64,000 nt of DNA from the NCBI GenBank assembly GCA_002269645.1, contig NIVC01000349.1:124001-188000 (forward strand). Direction: 5' to 3'. This stretch comes from Macrostomum lignano. Its lineage: Eukaryota. Below are positions 35,101 through 49,900 of the stretch, one piece after another. The notes under the pieces were generated by a model. The model was not told where the DNA came from. It made no database searches and saw only the letters and a list, made by a program, of their open reading frames with translations. Position 1 is the first letter of the stretch. Each line of letters begins with the position of its first letter. The position numbers and the translations under genes were made by a program.

Positions 35101-38100
35101 TCACCTGTCAGTCTGTATGCCTTACCTGTCAGCCTGTTTTACACCAAGTGGTCAGCACAGCACCTGTAAGTCTGTATAATCTGGCTGTCAGTCTGTATAA
35201 TCTGCCTGTCAGTCTGTATAGTCTGCCTGTCAGTCTGTGTAATCAGCCTGTCAGTCTGTATAATCTGCCTGTCAGTCTGTGCAATCTGCCTGTCAGTCTG
35301 TATAATCTGCCTGTCAGTCTGTAAAACCTGCCTGTCAGTCTGTAAAATCACATATCAGTCTGTATAATCTGCCTGTCAGTCTGTATAATCTGCCTGTCAG
35401 TCTGTATAGTCTGCCTGTCAGTCTGTGTAATCAGCCTGTCAGTCTGTATAATCTGCCTGTCAGTCTGTGCAATCTGCCTGTCAGTCTGTATAATCTGCCT
35501 GTCAGTCTGTAAAACCTGCCTGTCAGTCTGTAAAATCACATATCAGTCTGTATAATCTGCCTGTCAGTCTGTATAATCTGCCTGTCAGTCTGTATAGTCT
35601 GCCTGGCAGTCTGTGTAATCAGCCTGTCAGTCTGTATAATCTGCCTGTCAGTCTGTGCAATCTGCCTGTCAGTCTGTATAATCTGCCTGTCAGTCTGTAA
35701 AACCTGCCTGTCAGTCTGTAAAATCACATATCAGTCTGTATAATCTGCCTGTCAGTCTGTATAATCTGCCTGTCAGTCTGTATAGTCTGCCTGTCAGTCT
35801 GTGTAATCAGCCTGTCAGTCTGTATAATCTGCCTGTCAGTCTGTGCAATCTGCCTGTCAGTCTGTATAATCTGCCTGTCAGTCTGTAAAACCTGCCTGTC
35901 AGTCTGTAAAATCACATATCAGTCTGTATAATCTGCCTGTCAGTCTGTAAAATCTGCCTGTCAGTCTGTATAATCTGCCTGTCAGTCTGTGTAATCTGCC
36001 TGTCAGTCTGTATAATCTGCCTGTCAGTCTGTGTAATCTGCCTGTCAGTCTGTGTAATCTGCCTGTCAGTCTGTATAATCTGCCTGTCAGTCTGTATAAT
36101 CTGCCTGTCAGTCTGTGTAATCTGCCTGTCAGTCTGTATAATCTGCCTACTGTTAGTCTGTGTAATCTGCCCGTCAGTCTGTAAAATCTGCCTGTCAGTC
36201 TGTAAAATCTGCCTGTCAGTCTGTATAATCTGCCTGTCAGTCTGTATAATCTGCCTACTGTTAGTCTGTAAAATCTGCCTGTCAGTCTGTAAAATCTGCC
36301 TGTCAGTCTGTAAAATCTGCCTGTCAGTCTGTAAAATCTGCCTGTCAGTCTGTAAAATCTGCCTGTCAGTCTTTATTCCCGCACAGGAGAATACAGCAAC
36401 CCCACAGCAATGCCACTAAAAGCAGCAAAAAAGCAGCAGTGCAAAAGCAAGCAGAGAGGTGCAGACGGGAGGTGACAACATCGACTCACGCGGATCGGAT
36501 CGGCAGAGGCCGGACTCACATAGGCTCTCATGTAGCCAAACAGGGCACTTCTGATGCCCTTTGACTTGTACACCGAAACGCACGCCCGCTTCCTCAGCAC
36601 AATATCCATTGGAGCTGGGTGCGAGATTCGAACCCTGGCCCGCACAATCAGGTAGATGAGCTCGTTATTTCCCGTGATCCGATTCAAATAGATCGAGTCG
36701 TGCAGCGAAGCGTCCCACTGGCAGATGACGCAGCAGTCTTTGTCCAGACTCCGCATGATGGGGACTTGCACAAACTCGCTGTTGTGCTCTTTGGGCAGCT
36801 GGGAGTTCACACCTGCTGGCGGCAGCTCAAGCCGCTGGTGATGGTCAGGCTGCAGATCTAAGAACAGCACCGGGATGTGCTCCTCCATGCCCAGCGGGGG
36901 GTCCCAGTCAGCTGGAGCTCCGGGCACACAGGAGTGCGGCCTGGGCACCAGCACAGCCTCCTTCTCCACCGTCATTCGGCTCCACTGCTCCATCAGCGAC
37001 CGCTCCCTGGCCTCATCTGCCGCGGTCTTCACCGGCTTGGAGGTGATGAGGCTTAACTGAGACTGCAGATGTCCCTGACGCCTGGAGACGGCCTCTCTCC
37101 ATTTGTCCCTGAGGCGGGTCAGGTCCTCTTCCTGGTAGCTGTCGAGGCCTCTCTGCATGCTGCGGTCCCGGCGGACAATGCAGCCGACCGACACGTCCGT
37201 GATGCGCTCGCAGATCACCGGCAGGCTGCCCGACTCCGGACCGCTGACGGGACGAACTCGGATAAGCAGCCGGCGGGACTGGCCGTGCTTGAGGCGGTAC
37301 ACTCCGCCTGGGGTACGTTTGAAGGGCGCGATGGGGTACGTTTGAAGGGCGCGATGGTGTACGTTTGAAAGGCGCGATGGGGTACGTTTGAAGGGCGGCG
37401 GCGTGTTGGGGTGGCTGATGGGGTCTGTCTGATGAGACCTGTCTGATGCGGTTTGTCTGATGGGGTCTGGGTGATAGGGTCTGGGTGATGGGGTCTGGGT
37501 GATGGGGTCTGGGTGATGGGGTCTGGGTGATGGGGTCTGGGTGATGGGGTCTGGGTGATGGGTTCTGGGTGATGGGGTCTAGGTGATGGGGTCTGTGTGA
37601 TGGGGTCTGTGTGATGGGGTCTGTGTGATGGGGTCTGTGTGATGGGGTCTGTGTGATGGGGTCTGTGTGATGGGGTCTGTGTGATGGGGTCTGGGTGATG
37701 GGGTCTGGGTGATGGGGTCTGGGTGATGGGGTCTGTGTGATGGGGTCTGTGTGATGGGGTCTGGGTGATGGGGTCTGTGTGATGGGGTCTGTGTGATGGG
37801 GTCTGTGTGATGGGGTCTGGGTGATGGGGTCTGGGTGATGGGACCTGAATGATGGGGTCTGGGTGATGGGACCTGAATGATGGGGTCTGGGTGATGGGAC
37901 CTGGATGATGGGGTCTGTGTGATGGGGTCTGGGTGATGGGGTCTGGGTGATGGGACCTGGATGATGGGGTCTGGGTGATGGGACCTGCCTGATGGGTCTG
38001 TCTATCAGTGCCTGTTTTTCCGCCCATCAGCCAGAAGCTAAGCTTCTGACAAGTGCCTCTACAGCTGCCATGAGCCAAGCAGGGTGGCTCAGCTAACTAA

Positions 38101-40116
38101 CATACCCCAGGTGTGACCTTGGCACTCGCTTGATAGAAATATCCTAAATTTAAACTCAGATAAATTTTATTGTGAGAAGTGAGAGGAGACAGCTGAGAGG
38201 GGAGAGGAGACAGCTGAGAGGGGAGAGCAGACAGCTGAGAGGGGAGAGCAGACAGCTGAGAGGGGAGAGCAGACAGCTGAGAGGGGAGAGGAGACAGCTG
38301 AGAGGGGAGAGGAGACAGCTGAGAGGGGAGAGCAGACAGCTGAGAGGGGAGAGCAGACAGCTGAGAGGGGAGAGCAGACAGCTGAGAGGGGAGAGCAGAC
38401 AGCTGAGAGGGGAGAGGAGACAGCTGAGAGGGGAGAGCAGACAGCTGAGAGGGGAGAGCAGACAGCTGAGAGGGGAGAGGAGACAGCTGAGAGGGGAGAG
38501 CAGACAGCTGAGAGGGGAGAGCAGACAGCTGAGAGGGGAGAGGAGACAGCTGAGAGGGGAGAGCAGACAGCTGAGAGGGGAGAGCAGACAGCTGAGAGGG
38601 GAGAGGAGACAGCTGAGAGGGGAGAGCAGACAGCTGAGAGGGGAGAGGAGACAGCTGAGAGGGGAGAGCAGACAGCTGAGAGGGGAGAGCAGACAGCTGA
38701 GAGGTGAGAGGAGACAGCTGGGAGCTGCCTGCACCGCATGAAACACAGGAACTAACTACATGTAAAAAGCGCATAAAATGAAGTGGCATTGAGCACAGTG
38801 AGCATGAGAGCGAGTTGTTCAGAAACAGAGTGAGATCAGGTGATCAAATCTGCCAAAGAGACACAGGTGACACAGCACAGTGCACTGCAATCACATGTAC
38901 AGGCACAGAGATAAGAGAGTCACCACAAGACCAACCTGTTTGCCCAAATAAAGGCAGTTTAAAATAACCTTTCAACCCACAGATAAGCGAGTTCGCTGAT
39001 TCCGGTGTCACAAAGCCGATCTGAGAATTGCATGCCCTGCCCGCTTGGCAGCATATCTGATGTGATGTCAGCATTCTTTCGGGCTCCGGCGTTTCATGTT
39101 CTCAGTGCCCGATTTTGGGATTTTCATTCTTAGGGGAGATTTTCTTAGGGGCGATTTTTCTGATTAGATTTTCTCAGGGTGACTTTCTCAGATGAGATAA
39201 TCTCAGGGGCGATTTTCTTAGGAGAGATTTTCTCACGGGCGATTTTTTCAGGTGAGATTTTCTCAGGGGCGATGTTCTCTGAGGAGATTTTTTCAGAGGC
39301 GATTTTCTCTGGGGCGATTTACTCAAGGGCGACTTTCCTAGGTGAGATTTTCTCAGGTGAGATTTTCTCCGGTGAGATTTTCTCAGGTGAGATTTTCTCA
39401 GGGGCGATTTTCTCAGGTCGGATTCTCTCAGGGACGATTATTTAGGTGAGATTTTTTCAGGTGAGACTTTCTCAGGTGAGACTTTCTCAGGTGAGATTTT
39501 CTCAGGTGAGACTTTCTCAGGTGAGACTTTCTCAGGTGAGACTTTCTCATGTGAGATTTTCTCAGGTGAGACTTTCTCAGGTGAGACTTTCTCAGGTGAG
39601 ATTTTCTCAGGTGAGACTTTCTCAGGTGAGATTTTCTCAGGTGAGACTTTCTCAGGTGAGATTTTCTCAGGTGAGACTTTCTCAGGTGAGACTTTCTCAG
39701 GTGAGATTTTCTCAGGTGAGACTTTCTCAGGTGAGATTTTCTCAGGTGAGATTTTCTCTGAGGAGATTTTCGAGGCATTAAACAGAAAATTTTTCCGGAT
39801 AATCCCAAAGGCGATTTCTCAACGCAGAATTTCTCTACGCGAAATTTTCGCCCGCAAGCGCCACTGACCAGTGGGGATGACGTCCTTCTCCCTGCCCTGC
39901 CGGTCCCTCTGCGTGGGGTGCTGGATCTCCACAGGCAGGTACTGCCCGTTCTCGCTCAGCTCCTGGATGCACAGCCACATCTCCAGGCGGCGGCAGTACT
40001 CGGACCAGTTGTCCCCGATGCGCTCGCCCCGGACCTCCGCGCCGTTGCTGCGGTTGCCGTACACCTGGGGGACATTGGGACTGCTGTGCATGGGACAGAC
40101 AGACAGACAGAAACTA

Positions 40117-40151
<35 letters not shown>

Positions 40152-40156
40152 AACTA

Positions 40157-40187
<31 letters not shown>

Positions 40188-40192
40188 AACTA

Positions 40193-40245
<53 letters not shown>

Positions 40246-40260
40246 CATAGACAGACACTA

Positions 40261-40329
<69 letters not shown>

Positions 40330-40344
40330 CATAGACAGACACTA

Positions 40345-40409
<65 letters not shown>

Positions 40410-40410
40410 C

Positions 40411-40469
<59 letters not shown>

Positions 40470-40518
40470 CAGACAGACAGACAGACAGACATACAGACAG
40501 ACAGACAGACAGACACGC

Positions 40519-40559
<41 letters not shown>

Positions 40560-40596
40560 CACAGACAGACACACAGACAGACACACAGACAGACAC

Positions 40597-40631
<35 letters not shown>

Positions 40632-40634
40632 CAA

Positions 40635-40687
<53 letters not shown>

Positions 40688-43600
40688 GGCAGTAGTCCAA
40701 CCTGCACAGCCAGGGAGCCATCCGCAGCAAACTCCAGGAACTCGTCATTAACAAAGATGTCGAACTGGGCCTCGTGGTCGAAGGCGATGAGGTCAGGCGG
40801 CGGGTCGCCGCAGTCGGCAGTGACGGGAGGCACCACCTGCGGAGCCGACATGCCCCACAGCTGGTACTGCACGTACACAAAGTGCGACAACTCTTTCGGC
40901 AGAGCCTTGGCGCTGCGAATGCACACCTTCAGCGTGACCTGCTGCCCGGGTTCGAATCTGCCAGAGACTTTCGCCAGCCTGACGTGCAGCTTGCCGGCAA
41001 TCTCGCCCTGGGTGTTGATCACCGGCACATTGTAGTCAAGCGGAGCGTCGTAAAACAGGGGCGACAGAAAGGCGTGCGCCACCCCGATCAGGTCGTGCTG
41101 CTCGTGATGGTCGCGGAACGCCGACACAGAATCAGTGGAGCCGGCAGTGAATTCGTGGTAAGATTCGCGCATGTCAACCAGGCGATTCTCGAACTTGTCC
41201 AGACTCCAGGTGGCCAGCACAGCTCCCGGACTGTCCGCATCTTCATCACTGCCAGCTGCAGTCAGCTGAATGGCCGGCTCCGTGGCGATGTGACGCCGGA
41301 TCAAGTTGTGCGCCGGGATCTGCAGGGTGACGCTGTACTCCACGCCGGCGCCCAGCTCGGCTGACAGGAAGTTCGCCTCGCGCACCAGAGCGTTCGCTCG
41401 GGCCAGCTGCTCCTTCAGCCGGCTGAGGTTCAACTGCTGCGCCTTGAGCTGCTGCCCTTCCGGACCGTCTGAGCTGCCCTGCTCACAGCCACCGGCACCG
41501 CTGCTGTTTAAACTGAAACTGCTGCTAGCGCCATCGTGAGACATCAGCATCATAGGCGGGCAGTAGCTTGGCGTGGCTGGCGATAAAATATTGCTGAAGT
41601 TTTTCAACAGGCCTTCGTACATCTGCTTCTGGCGAGCCAGGGCCTCTGCGAGAGGATTGGGGAGGGGAGATGGGTTTTTGTACTTTTAGCTTATCAGCTG
41701 CAACTGGGACTGCAGGGTGAGCGCAGTGATATGCATTCGGTATGGTATATGAATATAGGGCTGCATAATGCTGACTTACAGAGTTTACAGGCTTACAGAC
41801 ACGAATACAGGCTTACAGACACTAATATAGCCTTACAGACACCAATACACGATTACAGACACTAATACAGGCTTACAGACACTAATACTGGCTTACAGAC
41901 ACTAATACAGGCTTACAGACACTAATACAGGCTTACAGACACTAATACAGGCTTAGAGACACGAATACAGACTTATAGACACTAATACAGGCTTACAGAC
42001 ACTAATACAGGCTTACAGACACTAATATAGCCTTACAGACACCAATACACGATTACAGACACTAATACAGGCTTACAGACACTAATACTGGCTTACAGAC
42101 ACTAATACAGGCTTACAGACACTAATACAGGCTTACAGACACTAATACAGGCTTACAGACACTAATACAGGCTTAGAGACACGAATACAGACTTATAGAC
42201 ACTAATACAGGCTTACAGACACTAATACTGGCTTACAAACACTAATACAGGCTTACAGACACTAATACAGACTTATAGACACTAATACAGGCTTACAGAC
42301 ACTAATACAGACTTATAGACACGAATACTGGCTTACAGACACTAATACTGGCTTACAGACACTAATACAGGCTTAGAGACACTAATACAGGCTTACAGAC
42401 ACTAATACAGGCTTATAGACACTAATACAGGCTTACAGACACTAATACAGGCTTACAGACACTAATACAGGCTTAGAGACACGAATACAGACTTATAGAC
42501 ACTAATACAGGCTTATAGACACTAATACAGGCTTACAGACACTAATACAGACTTATAGACACTAATACAGGCTTACAGACACGAATACAGGCTTACAGAC
42601 ACTAATACAGGCTTACAGACACGAATACAGGCTTACAGACACTAATACAGGCTTACAGACACTAATACAGGCTTACAGACACTAATACAGGCTTACAGAC
42701 ACTAATACTGGCTTAGAGACACGAATACAGACTTATAGACACTAATACAGGCTTACAGACACTAATACAGGCTTACAGACACTAATACAGGCTTAGAGAC
42801 ACGAATACAGACTTATAGACACTAATACAGGCTTACAGACACTAATACTGGCTTACAAACACTAATACAGGCTTACAGACACTAATACAGACTTATAGAC
42901 ACTAATACAGGCTTACAGACACTAATACAGACTTATAGACACTAATACAGGCTTACAGACACTAATACAGACTTATAGACACTAATACAGGCTTACAGAC
43001 ACGAATACTGGCTTACAGAGACTAATACAGGCTTAGAGACACTAATACTGGCCTACAGACACTAATACAGGCTTAGAGACACTAATACAGGCTTACAGAC
43101 ACGAATACAGGCTTACAGACACTAATACAGACTTATAGACACGAATACTGGCTTACAGACACGAATACTGGCTTACAGACACTAATACAGGCTTAGAGAC
43201 ACTAATACTGGCTTACAGACACTAATACAGGCTTAGAGACACTAATACAGGCTTACAGACACTAATACAGGCTTACAGACACTAATACAGGCTTACAGAC
43301 ACTAATACAGGCTTACAGACGCGAACATTAGCTTGTAGACACTAATACAGGCTTACAGACACTAATACAGGCTTACAGACACTAATACAGGCTTACAGAC
43401 GCGAACATTAGCTTGTAGACACATAGTGACTAACAAGCTACTAAAACAGACTATAAAAATGCGGTACAACAAAAATAGGAGAAATTCAAAAGCAGAAATG
43501 GGCCAATTTATGTTGGAAATATCTGCAAGCAATTAACATACAGACAGACAGACAGACACATCAAAATGTTTAGCAATTCAGCACTCATCAACTTTCCCCT

Positions 43601-44115
43601 GTCCTTCTCTCTCCCTCTCTCTGTCTCTCTCAGTTCATCGATCCTATTCCTCTTCAACGAGGCGTTTTACAAAACCGACAAAAGCCAGAAAGAGAGAGAG
43701 AGAAAGGCAGAGTGCAGAAGCGAAATCGCCCATCTCAGCGATCTGAGAGCGGCTCGGTTCTGAGAGAGAAGCAGATTTCTGACAGTGAAAGCATGCAGTC
43801 TGTGTTACGCATGACTGAGGAGACAAGAGAGGCTGGGACAGCGACCGATTCGGAGACAAGGACTCCCCTCCTCTCGGCTCCTTCAAGAGCTCTGAGAGAA
43901 CGAACAGCTCACTGAAATGAACGCGCGACAGGGTAGAAGAGACGGGATTAGGGACAGCGGGGTTTTGGCTGGTTGGTTGGTTGGTAGTTTTGCGGCACTT
44001 CGAGGCGCTGAACCACTGGGTTGGGGGGACAGAGATGAGGGGCTGCGACTCTGAGCGCGGAGGGTATGGGAGTTCTAAAAATACTGTTGCGAGATATACA
44101 GACAGACAGACAGAC

Positions 44116-44158
<43 letters not shown>

Positions 44159-44169
44159 CACAGACAGGC

Positions 44170-44238
<69 letters not shown>

Positions 44239-44243
44239 CACAA

Positions 44244-44280
<37 letters not shown>

Positions 44281-44285
44281 CACAA

Positions 44286-44338
<53 letters not shown>

Positions 44339-44343
44339 CACAA

Positions 44344-44380
<37 letters not shown>

Positions 44381-44388
44381 CACAAAGG

Positions 44389-44421
<33 letters not shown>

Positions 44422-46945
44422 ACAGTATATGCAGAGCTAGAAAGTACAGTTTCCCAAGTTTCCCACTCAGGAGCAGATCGAATGGGGCAAGCCAAATAAA
44501 AGGAGATTTATTATCGGTAATCTGTTTACGCTACCCGATACGAATGACTCAGCAAATCCGGTCAGAATGTACTACTCAAGACTGATAGGCATATTGACTC
44601 CAGTCAACATGCAGCACAGATTTCAGACAGAAACTGGTGTAATTAAAAGTGAAAAGTACATTTCATACTATGAGACAGTCGCACCACATATGCTAAGCCA
44701 ATGTACATCGTGCGTGAGCCATGTGTGTATGAGTAGTTATGAGACCGTCTAGGATGGCATGCAAGTTAAGCCATCCACGCTAATCTGTTAATCCCACAAC
44801 AGTCGAACTGAGACGAGCATTCGTTATAAGCCAAAACAGGCGAGTAAGGAGAGGCAAAGGACCAATTCATAAATTATGAGGCGGAGAGAGAGAGAAAAGT
44901 ATTTATAGAAAGCAGATGATTTACAATCCGAGCTTTGGGGAAAAGCAGTTTCGGTGTGGACTCTGATCAATAATCCAGCTGGGGGGGGGGCATTAGAGTG
45001 AATTATTCAGACAGGCTGAGCCAAAGTCTGCTTAAAACCGAATTTCGAAGATGTTTCTTTAACAAAAATTGAGGCTTTTGGGCTGACTTAATAGCAGAAT
45101 TTTGGAAAACGTGTGGCTTATTGGATCAGCGATAGGTAACGAAAACTATTAGGGAATACAGTATTATACACGTAGCTTAGCTCCCTACCGACATGTATCA
45201 AAACTATTAAGGAATATAGTAATATACACACGTAGCTTAATTAGCTCCCTACCGATATGTATCGAAAAATAATAGAGAATACAGTACTATACACACGTAG
45301 CTTAGCTCCCTACCAATGTGTATCGAAAACAATTAAAGAATACAGTACTATACACACGTAGCTTAGCTATCTACCGATGTGTATCGAAAACCATTAGAGA
45401 ATACAGTACTGTACACACGTAGCCTAATTTGCTCCCTACCGATATGTATCGAAAACTATTTGAGAATACAGTACTGTACACACGTAGCCTAATTTGCTCC
45501 CTACCGATATGTATCGAAAACTATTTGAGAATACAGTACTGTACACACGTAGCCTAATTTGCTCCCTACCGATATGTATCGAAAACTATTTGAGAATACA
45601 GTACTGTACACACGTAGCCTAATTTGCTCCCTACCGATATGTATCGAAAACTATTTGAGAATACAGTACTGTACACACGTAGCCTAATTTGCTCCCTACC
45701 GATATGCATCGAAAACTATTAGAGAACAGAGTACTATACACACGTAGCTTAATTACCTCCCTACCGATATGCCTTGAAAAGTACTTTAATGGAGATAAGA
45801 GAAAGACGCATCAGAGCTTATAAGACACAAGCGAAGGATTTGAAGTGCAAACCGAATAACAGTTAAGAGAGCAGAAAGAAACGCGGAAAAAAGCAAGGGC
45901 CAGCAGCAGGGAAAAACAGAGTTAAGGAGAGGAAGAGAGATGAACACAGAGACGGGGATGCGCGCTCTCAGACAGGATAATTAGCCGCGGCACTCGCAGG
46001 AGAAGCTGGGGTTGGAGGATGAGGGGAAGGGAAGGAAGCGGACAGACAAATCCCCTGGACACAGAGCGGCCTTCTCATCCCTGCCTCGGCAGCCTCCCCA
46101 TTGCTCGAGCTGACGGCTGACACACACAACACACAAACAGCATACTAGTTCTCCATGAAACTTCATGAAAAGATGTCTTGCTCGCTGTCTGAGTGTCTTA
46201 GTAGTATCGTACCAAGCACAGGAGTACAGACACAGACACACATATGTAACCGGATTCTTTTAACTTATTTTATTAAAGATAAGGCATCAAAACTTTATAT
46301 GATTACAATTATTATTCTTCATTTTCAACAAATAATGAATAGAAATTTTATAGGGAAATACGGACACATTCATAGATAAGTATAGGAATTTACAGACAGA
46401 TCTGCAAACAAATCTTCAGACAGATCTACAGAAAGATCTACAGACAGATCTACAGAGAGATCTACAGACAAATATACAGAGATCTACAGTTAAATCTACA
46501 GATAGATCTACAGACAGATCTACAGACAGATCTACAGACAGATCTACAGACAGATCTACAGACAGATCTACAGACAGATCCATAGACATCTATAAACAAA
46601 TTTATGAACAGATGTATCTACAAACAGATCTTCATACAGATATGCAGACAGATCTACAGACAGATCTACAGAAAGATCTACACATTCAGACAGATCTAGA
46701 GACAACAAATTTAGTGAAGAACAAAACAAGCGTCAAAAAGCAGCAAGCAGCAGCAAAAGCAGAGCCACAGAGCCGGAGAATGAAGGAATGTCGCAGGAAG
46801 AGCGGATGAAGGAGAGGCCGGGGATCTCCCATGGGAGATTCGGGAATGACCAGGTCTGGCTCGTGGCCAGTTTCAAACTTTATTCCCTACTTTTCCCCTC
46901 ATCTCCGCCTCTCCCATCCCCTTTCCATCTCAGCTTTCGCTTACT

Positions 46946-46998
<53 letters not shown>

Positions 46999-49900
46999 AG
47001 ACGAAAAAACGAAAAAAGAAGAATTTGTTGGGGAGCGAGGATGGCGAGCTGATGGAGCGGGAGTCTGAGCGAGACAGACGAGGCGTGAACTGATGCCCAG
47101 TGCAAAGAGAAATCCCGATCGCACAGGCCAGATTAGGCAGAGACGGCAGAGAGGAAAAACTGCAGTTTTAATTCAAAAAAGAGAATAGAATTAAGATAGA
47201 ATGTTCTTATTAATTTATGACATGACAATACGGAAACTATATATACTTAACTCTTGTAAACAGAAGGCATTTCCTAAATTGGCGGTCTATGAGTGTATTA
47301 ACTCCTTCTTTCCACTCCTACACCCTCTCTGACCCTCTATTTCACTCCTACACCCTCTCTGACCCTCCATTCTACTCCTACACCCTCTCTGACCCTCCAT
47401 TCCACTCCTACACCCTCTCTGACCCTCAATTCCACTCCTACACCCTCTCTGACCCTCCATTCCACTCCTACACCCTCTCTGACCCTCCATTCCACTCCTA
47501 CACCCTCTCTGACCCTCCATTCTACTCCTACACCCTCTCTGACCCTCCATTCCACTCTTACACCCTCTCTGAACCTCCATTCCACTCTTACACCCTCTCT
47601 GAACCTCCATTCCACTCTTACACCCTCTCTGAACCTCCATTCCACTCTTACACCCTCTCTGACCTTCCATTCTACTCCTTAACCCTCCCTGACCATCCAG
47701 CAGACAGTCAAACCCTCCCTGACCATCCAGCAGACAGCCAAACCCTCCCTGACCATCCAGCAGACAGTCAAACCCTCCCTGACCATCCAGTAGACAGTCG
47801 AACCCTCCCTGACCATCCAGTAGACAGTCGAACCCTCCCTGACCATCCAGTAGACAGTCAAACCCTCCCTGACCATCCAGTAGACAGTCAAATCCTCCCT
47901 GATATCCGCAAACACTGCCTCACCCTCTTTATCAGACTCGTAGCGCCGTTCCAAAGCTTCCATAGCCAGCCGCAGCGACTCAGACGAGGTGCCATTCAGG
48001 GCGACTTCGGCTTGAGCATCCGCGTAATCAAAATTTGACGTCTCATCTAACGAAAAATTGTTTGATTAAAGTTTCCAGTTGATTTCATTATTTATTGTAA
48101 AATTGTTTATGTTTATTAAAGCAACTCACGAGAAGCTGACGCGGCCATCTTTGGATGATTAACACGAAAATAGTGATGATTGCCCCACAGAATCCTGTCA
48201 CCGTGTTTTGCCTTCGTTGGTGATGTGATCTCGCAACCGTTCAACAGGGTTCTGGCGTGAGGGAGGGCGGGAATCTCAGTATCTATTGGAGAAATTAATC
48301 TCTAGATTTAGACCATCGATATCTATCGGGGAATCCAATCTCAATAGATAACACAGCAGATATCTATCGGGGAATCCGCTAGATCACACAGCAGATATCT
48401 ATCGGGGAATCCGCTAGATCACACAGCAGATATCTATCGGGGAATCCAATCTCAATAGATCACACAGTAGGATATCTATCGGGGAATCCAATCTCACTAG
48501 ATCACACAGTAGATATCTATCGGGGAATCCAATCTCACTAGATCACACAGTAGATATCTATCGGGGAATCCAATCTCAATAGATCACACAGTAGGATATC
48601 TATCGGGGAATCCAATCTCACTAGATCACACAGTAGGATATCTATCGGGGAATCCAATCTCACTAGATCACACAGTAGGATATCTATCGGGGAATCTAAT
48701 CTCACTAGATCACACATTGAGATATCTATCGGGGAATCCAATCTCACTAGATCACACAGTAGGATATCTATCGGGGAATCCAATCTCACTAGATCACACA
48801 GTAGGATATCTATCGGGGAATCTAATCTCACTAGATCACACATTGAGATATCTATCGGGAATCCAATCTCACTAGATCACACAGTAGGATATCTATCGGG
48901 GAATCCAATCTCACTAGATCACACAGTAGGATATCTTTTGGGGAATCCAATCTCACTAGATCACACAGTAGGATATTTATCGGGGAATCTAATCTCACTA
49001 GATCACACAGTAGGATATCTATCGGGGAATCTAATCTCACTAGATCACACATTGAGATATCTATCGGGGAATCCAATCTCACTAGATCACACAGTAGGAT
49101 ATCTATCGGGGAATCCAATCTCACTAGATCACACAGTGAGATATCTATCGGGGAATCCAATTTCACTAGATCACACAGTAGGATATCTATCGAGGAATCC
49201 AATCTCACTAGATCACACAGTAGGATATCTATCGGGGAATCCAATCTCACTAGATCACACATTAAAATATCTATCGGGGAATCCAATCTCACGAGATCAC
49301 ACAGTAGGATATCTATCGGGGAATCCAATCTCACTAGATCACACAGTGAGATATCTATCGGGGAATCCAATCTCACTAGATCACACAGTGAGATATCTAT
49401 CGGGGAATCCAATCTCACTAGATCACACATTAAAATATCTATCGGGGAATCCAATCTCACTAGATCACACAGTAGGATATCTATCGGGGAATCCAATCTC
49501 ACTAGATCACACAGTAGGATATCTATCGGGGAATCCAATCTCACTAGATCACACAGTAGGATATCTTTTGGGGAATCCAATCTCACTAGATCACACAGTA
49601 GGATATCTATCGGGGAATCCAATCTCACTAGATCACACAGTAGGATATCTTTTGGGGAATCCAATCTCACTAGATCACACAGTAGGATATCTATCGGGGA
49701 ATCCAATCTCACTAGATCACACAGTAGGATATCTTTTGGGGAATCCAATCTCACTAGATCACACAGTAGGATATCTATCGGGGAATCCAATCTCACTAGA
49801 TCACACAGTAGGATATTTTTTGGGGAATCCAATCTCACTAGATCACACAGTAGGATATCTTTTGGGGAATCCAATCTCACTAGATCACACAGTAGGATAT

